Source: Podarcis liolepis (taxonomy: Eukaryota). Taken from it: DNA of 64,000 bases. The position numbers and the translations under genes are program-made. The DNA is taken from assembly GCA_965112155.1 (NCBI GenBank), contig OZ218099.1, one strand, 5' to 3'. The notes beneath the pieces were generated by a model. The model had not been told where the DNA came from, made no database searches, and saw only the letters and a list, made by a program, of their open reading frames with translations. Positions 52,476 to 64,000 of this stretch are shown here, in pieces; within the stretch, counting starts at the first letter, position 1, and each line of letters begins with the position of its first letter.

Positions 52476-54134
52476 TATAACAAAAATGACTCCATCCATT
52501 TCACCCCCTACACTGCTTGAAGTCTAATTTGGTCAGTTTTGCATATTTTTTTGAAAACTAGAAGGACTGGGGGGAGTATTATTGTGTTTTTATGTTTGTT
52601 GGAGTGGCTGGGGCAACCCAGCCAGGTGGGCGGGGTATTCTTATTCTGTCAAAGCCACTAGGCTTCAGTCCTCAAAGCAACACTCCTCCTCCACTGTTAG
52701 ATTTCTATAATTTCTGTATAGAGCTAGTCCCACAGCAACTGCAAGCTGTACATCTTTTTCACTGCTCCACACACACAAAAATAATTGACAAAATGCATAG
52801 AGTCTTTGTATATACATGACCCAGTTTTACTCTGCCCAATGTTGAAGAGACTCTTTGGGCCCTAGCTCTGCCCTTGATCACCTGTGGGTGGTCTGCAGTA
52901 CCTGCACAGTGTTCTTTTGGCATCAGAGGAGTTCATTGCTGGCACAGGCTAAGTTATTTTCTTTTTTATATTTAGTTCAGAGAGAAGTTAATTCTGACCC
53001 ACAGCTGCAGAATTGAGCTCTAAAGTTGAGCTCATAGCTTTAGCCACAGAGTCAGTTCTTTTCACTGCTTGCTTTTTCTAATGCTTTTCTCGAAACTCAG
53101 TGGGCGTTGTCCAGAGCTTCTTGTCCCCTTTCATAAAAACATTCCACATCAGCACAATGATTGTCTGTGGTGTGCTGTGCCTAGTGCCTGCCTGCTCCGT
53201 AAGGGAACAGAGGAGTCCATGCATCAGAGCTGTTGGAGCACAGCCACTGTGCTGTGTCACCTACAAACATTTACTTAGAACGTATGGCTTTGCCATTCTG
53301 CATCCAGAAACATGAGAACACAGAGCAAATTACTTGGGTGTAATTAGTTCTGAGAGATGTCTTTTTGGAACCGGTTATTAAAAGAAATCTTTATTTCAAA
53401 ATTGTGGCCCAAGTAGGCTGGGCGAAAGGGGAGGTAGAGAAAATTTACGTGGTGTTTTTTGTGTGTGTGTGGTGAATTTCAGGAACTGAATTCAGGAATT
53501 GCATGTGATATCAAAAGCAGCAACGAACCCCCTCTTTCCAGATTGCTTTTTGGCTTATGAATATGATATGAAAGATAAGGGGGGTGGTCAAAGGGAAGCC
53601 AAGTGGTTCCATAATGTATTGGATTTTTACTTCAACGGCCGCCAGCTTTCAGTAAAAAAAGGTGTAAGAATATGACAAAAGGAACTTGCAGGCATCAGCT
53701 GGCATACAAAATCATAGAGTATGCATCACATTGTACCCTCACAGCCTCCAGTGGAGCTTATGGGTTTTTTCCTTCCCTTTTTTCTTCTCACAGAGATGAA
53801 GTCATCCTGATAAACTCTGTTTCTCCCCCTGTCTTTTTTTAATCCACAGAGTCCTTTATGTTTCTCTAATAATTGGCAGCAGAGGTACTATTCTCCTCCC
53901 CCCCCCCCCCGCCTTTCAAGTGATGAATAGTTGGCTGTAGATCAAAGACAAGCCCTAGCGGTTTTTTGGCTGCCACAAAAGGGCGTTGGAATTGGCAGAG
54001 ATCCCAGCTGCTTAGTGATAGGCATGTAGACGAGGTGCCAGGCAATAGGGGTCAGTGGCAAAATGTCTGTACACGTTCTTCATCTGAGATAATCTGGTTT
54101 CCTTTTTGTGTGTGTGTATGTGTGTGTATTTCAG

Positions 54135-54197
54135 GCCAACAGCAGGTTGAAGCAGATTGAAAAGGAATACAGTCAGAAGTTTGCCAAATCTTCACAG
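54135..54197 (+). CDS. CEP112: CEP112 internal coding exon (63 nt, phase 0/0): ANSRLKQIEKEYSQKFAKSSQ
   Basis: tttcAG acceptor and CAG|GTAGGA donor; continues the CEP112 peptide (recalled human ANSKLKQIEKEYTQKLAKSSQ). Confidence 0.95.
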
Positions 54198-56407
54198 GTA
54201 GGAAACATAAAAACAAAACAAAAAAAACCCTACTTTTACAAAACTTGGGTTTTTGTTATTGGGTTGTTGTTTTTCCCTTTTCTTTCAGTTTTAAAAATGA
54301 AAATAGAAATAAGGCAGACTTGCTTCTGTTCTTGCAGTGTTAGTATGTAAACCCAGCTCCAGTTGTTCCCATGTTGTTTTGTACTTTGTTGATGAATACT
54401 TTTTGCCCTTTTTTGGGGGGGAGTAAGTGAATCAATGCTCTGCTCTATATCACTCAGGAAAGGCTCATACAGCTTCCTTGCTGGGTGATACAGGAAATGG
54501 TTGAACAAGGAACTATTGCGACCTGGTTTGCTTTATGCATGAACTGATTGGAATTTCAGAGGTGGTTGCTTGAAATATAATCTTACATATGATTCAAAGT
54601 GGCCTAGATGCTACTGAATCATAAAACATATCCTATCCAGTTTTGTTTTGTTTTTGAAAAATGTTTAGCGTTACTCTCATTTTCCACTCATATTGAAGTA
54701 CTCCCCCTTAGTGAGGCCAAACTTAGATTCACAAAATGTTTAGGGGTATCCCCCTGCACCCCCCCCCCGAAAAAAGCACTGATCCTACCTACCCACTTCT
54801 CTAATAGGAGCTATAGCAAGAAAAGAGACCCTTGGGAGGAATTCTGCCTAAAGACTGCTAATACTCCTAACTCCAAAACTTGGCGTGAAAATGGCGCAGC
54901 AATAAGAACCTAACTTGGCTGAACTGGCAGCCTGTAGGACTGACTTAATGATCCACAAGCAGGAACTTCTCTAGCTTTCTGCTGAAACAGCTGGCTGGAG
55001 TCCTTCCTGGGCAGCAGATTTTCATCAACCCTTTTTTTTTTTTTTTGGAGCAAATCCACTGACTGGGAAGAATATCAGTCTGTCATTGTAAGCAGCGGGT
55101 CTTGTTCTGGGGAACTGGGCAGTGTTCTTGGTGATATCTGTTCAGAAATATTTCAGCAAAGCAAGTTCCTCCAAGACGTGGAAATGGAGCACCTATTGAG
55201 AGCCAAAACGCAAGGTCCAAATAATTTTATAAATAAATTAATCAGTGACTGCACCAAGGATGGGATTCAAACTATACAAGCAGTTTCTATACATATCCTG
55301 AAGAACGAGTGGACATGTTCTTAGCCTGTGTGTTTCTATTTTCTTTTAATCTGAGGAGGCTGTTGTAAGGGTTTGTACACGTATCACAGCCTTTTAGGTC
55401 ACATTATTGGCACAGAGACCAAATTAAAATATTGGACTTCATCTTTAATTCTGAATGTCTTCACTTCTTGTGGGATTTGCATCAGCCTCACACTGTCATT
55501 TGAACAAAGTTTTCGTAATGTAATGTTAATAATAGGTCACTTGTAACTTTCATGTGGTCGGGCTGCTGACAACATCAGCCTAATCTAACACTCTCTGGCC
55601 TCTTGGAACATTTGCTTTTTAACACCCACACACGAAAAATAGGTTCCAAGAAATTCTCTCTGAAGTTTGGGCAAAATAAACAATTACATTTTTCTCCCCT
55701 GAGATTTACTGCCCAAAGCATTTCCTTGTCTATCCGCTGCTTTCAAAAATTTCTTAATACATTATTAAAACATCACAGCTTTTTAACCCAGAAGAACCTT
55801 AGAGTCCCATCCAGGTATTCTCACCCTGTGTTCTCTCTGCAATTTTATCTTAATTAAGCGAATAATTTAAAATTACTTGAGCTGGATTCTTTAATGTATG
55901 TTTCCATGGACTCTTTTGGTGGGATTGGGTGTGCTTTTTTAGAGCATCCCAACTTCACAAGCCGAATGACTAGTCTAATGTTGTATACATCTGCACTGTT
56001 GAATTAGTGATTTAGTCCCAGAGCATTGGGTAAGTAGATGCACATACACAATTTTTTTCTACTCAACATGCCATTTATTTAGGACAGAAAGGCAGCCATG
56101 AGATGATTGTACCTTGTACAAGATTGTATAAGATTGTGCCTTTATTCAGCTACAGATGAGCTCCTTTCAAGAAAGCATTTCCCAGTTGTGTTCCCTTATT
56201 TAATATATTTTCATATCAGTTCTTTACTAGGGACAACTGTTTCCTTTGAATTATCCTTGTTGTTGAAAAGCTGACAAACTGTGCTAAACAGTCTATATAT
56301 CATTTATTATTATTATTATTATTATTAGTTACTCAGATGCATCTGGGCAATTTGATATTTTTAAAAATCCATTATGAACAGATGCAACTGGAGAATAAGT
56401 ATGACAA

Positions 56408-56564
56408 TATAAACAGCAGATTTTATCATTTGATGTAACAAGCCAGAAATGGAGGTTGAGGGAAGTCAACGGGGTGGGGGGATTGGAAAATGAATGTTTA
56501 GTAATGATGATGGATATTTGTTGCAAGAAAGAAAATCAATAAAAATTATTTGTTAAAAAAGAGA
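56408..56564 (+). mobile_element. Short retroposed insertion, probably an L1 3'UTR end
   Basis: Perfect 17-bp TSD gagaataagtatgacaa; G-rich tract, AATAAA and a short A tail. Confidence 0.75.
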
Positions 56565-57649
56565 GAGAATAAGTATGACAAAAACAGCTGCAATAAAACA
56601 AAACAACAAACTAACAACAATAAAATCCCCTGCTCAAGCACGTACACAGTCTACCTCATCACAATATTGCCTTGTTTTTGTTCCCAACTTGGGTCCAGAG
56701 TTCTCTAGTGCAAACAAGGATTTTTATATATCGGTGACTGACTGTCATTACTGCCTGAACCCTGAGATATTTTCTCAGAACTTGGCCCAGTGGAGTCTAG
56801 TAAGGCTTTCTCTTAAGTGAGTGTGCTGAAAGCAGTGGCCTTAGATAGAAGACAAGTGTTATGACAAGCATGCATGCAGACTTTTGTGAGACTCTCATTC
56901 AAAACTTGCCAAATCATAGTAGGAACTAACTGCTATGTTAGATTAATTTCATAAACTCAATGTGATATGTCATGGACCAGAGTCTAGAGGTCCCCCCCCC
57001 CCAACAAAAAACCCACCCCTGACACAATTCTCTGCACATGTGTAGGGAATTTCCAGAGTCCAATTCAGACCACAGCTTTTGCAGCCCCTAAAAAACTGCT
57101 TCCCTTCCCTGAGCATACGCTGCAATTGACTGCAGCTTCTTCAAGCTGGCAAAAGCAACTTCAAGAAAGTTGGCAAATGCCAACTAAACCAAAGTATCCA
57201 ATGTTTATCGTTTATATTGCAATTGTCATTCTCTGGGGGTTAGCTCAGAATGTCATGAATCATTGCTACATATCCTAATGTGCAAGAATATTTCAGACGA
57301 TTGATTTTACAAAATCATTGCAGCGAAGTGGAAAATTGGAAACCCTTATTTCCCATGTTTTCTCATAACAAATGTGCTTTGTTCTGGTGAGTAAATTATT
57401 GGGGAATTTTATAGTGGAAAATGTTTTCATATATTTTTACGTTCGGCAATTTTATGCCATTCTGGGTCTTGCTGTATTTCTTTTCTCTGTGTAGAATGTT
57501 ATGCTTGCTAGTGTTGTAATATGTTAATTTCAACTATTTAGTTTTCACAGTTGAGTTTGCTAACTCAGATTTTTGTGTCAAGTGTAAATACATGCAAAGC
57601 ATAAACTTCTTACTATTGTAGGAGTTTTAGCATGCTGTTTTCTTTTTAG

Positions 57650-57799
57650 ATCATAGCTGAACTTAAGACAACCATTTCCTCTCTGACAGAGGAAAGCAGC
57701 CAGCAGCAGCTTGCTGCAGAAAGGCGTCTGCAGGATGTTTTACAAAAGTTTGAAGATGAGAAGAAGCAGCTGATTAGAGATAATGACAGAGCAATCAAG
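57650..57799 (+). CDS. CEP112: CEP112 internal coding exon (150 nt, phase 0/0): IIAELKTTISSLTEESSQQQLAAERRLQDVLQKFEDEKKQLIRDNDRAIK
   Basis: gttttctttttAG acceptor and AAG|GTAATC donor. Absent from the ORF track on +; read manually. Matches recalled CEP112 IIAELQTTISSLKEENSQQQLAAERRLQDV... Confidence 0.95.
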
Positions 57800-58468
57800 G
57801 TAATCTTGGGCTTTGAGTCAATGATGCTACCAGCTGTTTGAGCATAATTAAAAGTTTTGAAAGCATTGACTGTGGCTGCCTGAATGCATGTAGCATTCAT
57901 GTTCTTATAGCGCTCAACAATTTCATTCACTAGACTTGAACTGTGATACATTCATTGACCGGTTTTTCTACGGGAAATAATTGGAGAGAAATTTACTGTA
58001 GTAATTTTTTTTGGAATAACAACAGTCAACCTTTAGGTATGGGATAGCATTTTTTGAAAATATTCTGGAACTTTAGGGTGGGATTCAAAGTAGCTTTATA
58101 GAGACTGCTTCGTAAGCATAAACATTTGTGCTTGCCTGATGGAACTGTCTCCCCTCTCATGCTGTTCTTGGAATACTCCTGACTCCCCCAGAGCTGATTG
58201 GGGGATGTGGAGAAAGGAGATGGGGAAAGCCCCACTGCAATAAATTCTGCTATTGCAAAGACAGCCCTTAGTGTAAAATATTTCCGTGTTGGGACATATA
58301 CTGGAAAGCACTCAACCAGACCTGGTAAATTGACCCTTCTGATAAAGTTAGTGCCATGTTGCTTTGTGGTTCCTTTCCAAGTCAACAGCTATAAAAATAG
58401 GCACTATCTGGGTCCATTGTCCATCCATTTGAAGCCTCTTAAGAAGGATAGAGGTGGACCGTCTTAGC

Positions 58469-58786
58469 CATGGGTAGGCAAACTAAGGCCCGGGGGCCGG
58501 ATCCAGCCCAATCGCCTTCTAGATCTGGCCTGTGGGCGGTCTGGGTGTTTTTACATGAGTAGAATGTGTCCTTTTATTTAAAATGCATCTCTGGGTTATT
58601 TGTGGTGCCCGACTGGTGTTTTTACATGAGTAGAATGTGTGCTTTTATTTAAAATGCATCTCTGGGTTATTTGTGGGGCATAGGAATTCGTTCAGTCCCC
58701 CCCCCCAAAAAAAATAGAGTCCGGCCCCCTACAAGGTCTGAGGGACAGTGGACCAGCCCCCTGCTGAAAAAGTTTGCTGACCCCTG
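58469..58786 (-). mobile_element. hAT-like MITE family C, copy 3, with a 71-bp internal tandem duplication
   Basis: Same ends as 19401-19646; TSD tcttagc; unit repeated at 58544 and 58615. Confidence 0.88.
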
Positions 58787-61749
58787 TCTTAGCAACAGAC
58801 AACACAAGCATGAATAGTGTCATCCTCAGTAACTGCCCCATAACTGCAGTACTCTTCCTTTGGAGCCTCGCCTGCCTTAAGGAACATCTTTTCAGAGCAG
58901 TGTAACGCCATTTGTTTTGGCTTGGTTTTAGGAGCTCAGTCAGTTTGGAGCTTCGGTTTTGGATTTAAATCTGTTCAGCAGATTTTAATTTGCCACTTTA
59001 CATGTTTATAAATTTGTTTTAACTTACTAACACATGACCAGTCTCTGGGACTGAGTGGGCTAGAAATACGAACGAATAATGTCAGGATTTTCTAATTCTT
59101 TAAAAGAGCACTCATATTCTTGGTGTCACAGTGATATGTATGCATGTAAGTAGATGGACTCGCCTTTGTGACTGTTTGTAGGCTTGGGGCCAGTTGGCCT
59201 TTTTGTTTTGCATTGACCTTCTCCATGCTGTCTCTGTCCATTAGATGTTGTTTCAAAAAAGTTTGTGTGCACCCGGATTGGTTTATTTTCCAGCTATTTT
59301 GCATTATTTCTTCTCCTATGAGCTATTTCAGTATAATGGGGGTGCTTCAACTGGTATTTCTCCTAACTGGTATGTAGCAAAGATTCAGTCCCAATCCCCC
59401 ATATAACTCAGGGTGTACAGATACCGGGGGGTGGGGTGGGCAGTGCCTCTGAACAAGGGGGGAATCATGCAACAAAAAGATGTATTCTAAGCAATACAAG
59501 TTAAAACTACCAGAATTAGCCAGGGTCATCTTAATTGTAAAGATGCCATAAGTGCTTGAGGACCATATTACGTTCTTCAAATTGACATCCCTGCACATGC
59601 TTTCTTGAATAGAAATGTACTGCGGTTACATTTAACTGCAAAACAAGGACTGCATTAAGTTACCGGTACGTTTTGGCCAGGTTTGCACATAATAGTAAAT
59701 TCAAACAAAGTATGGCTTACCAGCAATGAGGAAACTGTTCAAATGGTGACTACCTGAGAACCAGTTCTCGTATCAAGAACATTTGTGGCTTGTTCTTGTG
59801 GTTTGGAGAAAAATAAACCATTTGTGCTGGTTTCCACGTAACCCTATGGCAGTGCTCTGCCTTGTTTCCTTCTGGTGTGGCAAAAGGAAGAGGGTGGGCA
59901 CAGTATGAGCAGGCATGTATGTGAATGCTTGCACATTCTTGATAAGCCATACTTCATTTAACTATGGCTTCCTGTTATATGCAGACTCAGCCTTTGTGGC
60001 AAGAAATCTTCCACTATGCTACTTTCATTATTTTTTCCTACTTTTTATATGGCATTCCATTTCTAACAGTATTTCAACATGTGTAAGGTGAGGATGAGAC
60101 TTACCTTGATTTTCTCTGGTTTCTAAGGATCATGCTTAGAGAAGCAGCAACACATTTTCTTGTTCCTGATATTTCAGTCAGTGTGAAATCATTTCTTAAA
60201 GTGTTTCCCTCCAGGCAAATATGGTGAATGAAAGGTTAATCTCTGAGGGGCTACCCTTGCAAACCATTCACAATCTGAGTTACAAAGGAGGAGAAGCATC
60301 AGCCTTCATTACTAAACAAGATTGTGATTTGTATCATTTCGTAATTTTAGGGAATAGAATGACCCTCTGAAAAGCATCCTTCACCCAAAAGAAAACAATT
60401 ATCCTCCAAAAACCTATTATAATGTGGAGAGATGGTGCTCCTCTTCATATACAAGGTGCTATAATGTTTATATTCATCTGTTCAGTAAAAGGGATTTTTT
60501 TTATTTTAGTTTCCATGTTTGCATTTATTTTATGAATTAGATTTAGGGATTGCATCTTATTTAGAATGGGCTGCTCACATTTAAAAATGTAAAACAGGAC
60601 TTGGTGGAAAAATCAACAACATGGCAGCTGCACTTCCCTGGAAGTGACTGTAATGCAGCTGGAAACTGTTTACCTTTGAGGGTGGCTTCTTGGCCCTCTG
60701 GAGCCTAGGTGGAATCTGACAGCTTATTGTCACTCCCATTGTGGCAGGTAAGTTCACTGGGGCCCAAATGGTCTTGCTGCTCTTCCTCACAGGACAGGTG
60801 GGATTGATGTGCTCAGGAAGGTGGGTGGGGAGAGAATAGGATCCCAAATCAGCTGTTAAGAGCAACAGCAAGTGGAAAATGTGTCTGCTTTTTAGCACTT
60901 AGCAGTGATTTTTAGCCTGACTGAACCATGTCATTTCCTAGATTCTCACCTTACTGCTTCAGTCCTATATTCAGTCGCTCGCACTGAAAATTTCTTGATC
61001 ATGAGTGACGGCAGCTGTGAACCAGGTGGATTTGTGAATTGGCAAAAAGGTTGGCTGCAACATAATGCTATCTGTTAGAGGATGAAGTATGCACTCTAAC
61101 TGGGTGAGGGTTTACACGAAGAACTAATCTATTGAGGTAATATTTCTACTATGAGGGTTGGGGGAAAGGTGATTTAAAAATACCTTCACCTTGGCTATGA
61201 CCTTGCTGGCTTCCTGTTAGAGAATGAAAGCTCTCATGCTTCTCAGTGATCAGACGTGTTGCCATGCATGAGAATTACTAATCCCTTGAAAAGATCCTGG
61301 AATATTAACCTGGTCATCGCAGTACCAGTTATTTCCCCCCCTGATAATAACCCACTCCCAAGGACAGGTTCCGTAACAAAACGGAAAAAGGTGACACCTG
61401 GCATGAGGTGGGCTTTTAGTGCCTTTCTTAGCCACTTCTCTCTGTACAAAACTGGATTTGGACGGGAAAAGACAGCATTGTCTCAAACACGCTCCATGAC
61501 CTTTCTCTGCAGACTTGTTTGTTCTGCTACCTCAAGCTGGAAAGCAGACAGATGCTACAAAGCAGCCATGTGGAATCTAGACAAACCATTTCTGTTCAGC
61601 AAAGCCTCGTGCCTAGTGCTTGATCTAGCACTATTAAGACCCGCCTGAAACCACAGTCTCCTGATCCTTGATGCTGTAATCAATATCGTTTTGCAATGTG
61701 TCCAGGATGCTGGACATGTTTTTACCTGATTTTTTTTTGTATACTGCTT

Positions 61750-61864
61750 AAAGATAAAGGTAAAGGGACCCCTGACCATTAGGTCCAGTTGTGACCGACT
61801 CTGGGGTTGTGGCGCTCATCTCGCTTTACTCATCTCGTAGGGACCGAGCAATGGGAGTTCACCC
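61750..61864 (-). mobile_element. Internally deleted Sauria SINE fragment
   Basis: Tail aaggtaaagggacccctgacc...ctcatctcg joined directly to the 5'-part segment gggaccgagcaatgggagttcaccc. Confidence 0.75.
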
Positions 61865-62012
61865 ATTCTAGAACTTGAACTCATATTACATTTTCCACCA
61901 AAAACTTTAATGCTCAAATCAGTTGTGGTACATAGGGTTCAAAGGCACAGCATTAGTTCATGGCTAAATAAGCTAAGACACTGATGCAATGAACAATACG
62001 CCCTGTTGGCTC

Positions 62013-62527
62013 TTGTTACAAGGGAATAACATAATAAGGGTATAACTTCAGCTCAACAAGTAGGATGTTCCTTTGGACTGGGCTAGCAAATGGGAATTCC
62101 TTCCAGAGAGATGGTCCCAAGCTCTCTGCTTGTGCTGGGTCTGGCATCTCCATGACCTAGGCAACTGAGGAAGTGTTAGCAGCAGCTCCAAGCCAAACGG
62201 AGTGGTCTCCTCCTAAGAGGATTGGCTAGAGGCAGGCTCTGGTGGCACCAGAGATGGTGCTGGGACAGGAGGCAAGGAGGGCACAGGAACTGGGTCCAAC
62301 TGGGCGCGCAGCAGCTGACTGATATGAGAGGGGACAGGGTGGATCTGCCATGGGAACCCTCCCTGGGATCCAAGCTCTCATTTGTAATGTCCCTCAGGGT
62401 GACTCTGCTGTGTTTGGAGGCCTGGACATTGCCCATCCCCTGCTTCCCAGGTTCATCAGTGGGCAACTCCTCCCACCCTTTGTCCTGCTCTGAGCAGCCT
62501 CTCCACAACATTTCAGGGGTCATGGCA
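62013..62527 (-). mobile_element. Old solo LTR candidate
   Basis: Minus strand starts TGCCATGACCCC (TGTCATG-like) with an open frame from base 2; the far end and TSD (ggctc/gactc) are weak. Confidence 0.45.
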
Positions 62528-62660
62528 GACTCCCATCAATTGCAATCAAGGCATCTGTAAAGGTGAACACCATTTACTGAAAGGCATCTTGTTTCTTCAT
62601 TTCTGATTTTTCCTTCCCCGGTAATGTGCACCCAGAAGACAGTGTTTTAGTGCATGTTAT

Positions 62661-63009
62661 GGGTGGCGCTGTGGGTTAAACCACAGAGCCTAGGACTTGC
62701 CGATCAGAAGGTTGACGGTTTGAATCCCCGCGACGGGGTGAGCTCCCGTTGCTCAGTCCCTGCTCCTGCCAACCTAGCAGTTCGAAAGCACGTCAAAGTG
62801 CAAGTAGGTAAATAGGTACCGCTCTGGCGGGATGGTAAACGCCGTTTCTGTGCGCTGCTCTGGTTCGCCAGAAGTGGCTTAGTCATGCTGGCCACATGAC
62901 CCGGAAGCTGTACGCCGGCTCCCTTGGCCAATAAAGCAAGATAAGCACCGCAACCCCAGAGTTGGCCACAACTGGACCTAATGGTCAGGGGTCCCTTTAC
63001 GTTTACCTT
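62661..63009 (+). mobile_element. Sauria SINE, near full length, same subfamily as 49520 and 28738
   Basis: gggtggcgctgtgggttaaaccacagagcctaggacttgccgatcag...gggtccctttacgtttacctt. Confidence 0.92.
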
Positions 63010-64000
63010 ATGTCACACTTGCCATTCCAGCAGCACAGCCCACAGTCCAAGGGATGAATGCAAGTCTAGGAATGAACAGTGCCTACCTTCGAACGTGACC
63101 GAGAATATTGTGTACCTGTTGTGGAAAGGTTTCCCTGAAAATAGAAATGTTGCAAATTACTGATGTAAACAGACTGGTCTGTATGTTGAAGTTTATTGCA
63201 AAAGAATTTTAAATTGAAGTTAATTTTTAAATAACGTCAGGTGCCGTTTTTCATTCAACAGTACTTTTGGGAAATGTTGCATTTTGTCCAACATGGTAGA
63301 TTCCCAAAATAATGCAACAGTTCACCCAATTGTTGTTTACTGTTCTAGTTTTCTTTTTAGACGAGAAAGATGAAATTATGAAAGATGAACAGAAATGGGT
63401 TCCCAGGGACAGAAAGTAATACATGAAACAACTTTAAATGTGTTATGGAGAAGGCAGCTTTTAGAATGAATTTAATAGTGGGCTTCTAAGAATCAAGCAT
63501 CATTCAGAATGATCCTAGCCTCAAAAATCTGGGGCATCACAAAAAAGGCAGTTTAAAAAGCCAGGATTCCACCTCTTCCAACCAAGTATCAACGAAATAG
63601 CCTGTACAAAAGCCTGTGTAGGCTTTCCAATTGTCAGGCTTTGTTCTGCTTCCAGAGACTTTCTGGAATTTTGCCTTTTTCCTTTTCTCTTCTGGAACAG
63701 CATTGACTTGGAGGCTCTTCCAGCAGTGTAGGTGGAAATACAATATGAACCAACTTTTATATTCACCACCAAAAGGCTGTGGGAGCATTTGGCATTTTCA
63801 AAGCAAATGTCTGTAAGCCTACAAATTTTATTGCTGTGCAGTAAAGCTATTTGCACCTAGTTTTCAGAGTTTGACATATTAATAGAAAGTTATAGGCATT
63901 TGCATTTTCAAATGAAATATTAAACTACACCTGATATTTTCAAGAAAGGTGGACAAGCCAAAACCTATGAAAAAAACCATGGAGGGTATTTGGTTGGAAG

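Noticed and set aside
57646-57951. Minus-strand 101-aa ORF
   Set aside because: Antisense shadow of the 150-nt CEP112 exon.
1-64000. CRISPR array or prokaryotic defence/operon system
   Set aside because: The sequence is vertebrate intronic DNA; repeats are dispersed TEs, not regularly spaced repeat-spacer arrays.

Overview
Eukaryotic, intron-dominated window from a squamate reptile, most likely a lacertid lizard, judged from its Sauria SINE subfamilies and L2/CR1/RTE content. The only supported host coding sequence is three consecutive phase-0 internal exons of CEP112 (CCDC46, centrosomal coiled-coil protein) on the + strand: 34541-34771, 54135-54197 and 57650-57799. Everything else is CEP112 intron, densely filled with transposons: pogo/Tigger-like and hAT-like MITEs, six Sauria SINE copies, L2/CR1/RTE/L1 remnants and several solo LTRs, many nested inside one another. 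There is a 340-N assembly gap. Nearly all ORFs in the supplied track are spurious or TE-derived. The most interesting signals are: (1) three different solo LTRs that each carry a reading frame starting at LTR base 2 with the same acidic-then-SPxxRR/basic architecture; (2) inverted pairs of young repeats bracketing frame-preserving exons, which could give circRNAs with no stop codon; (3) a duplicated ~60-bp splice-acceptor-like cassette; (4) a TG repeat at the acceptor of the 63-nt exon. All are hypotheses from sequence alone; no new biological system is demonstrated.
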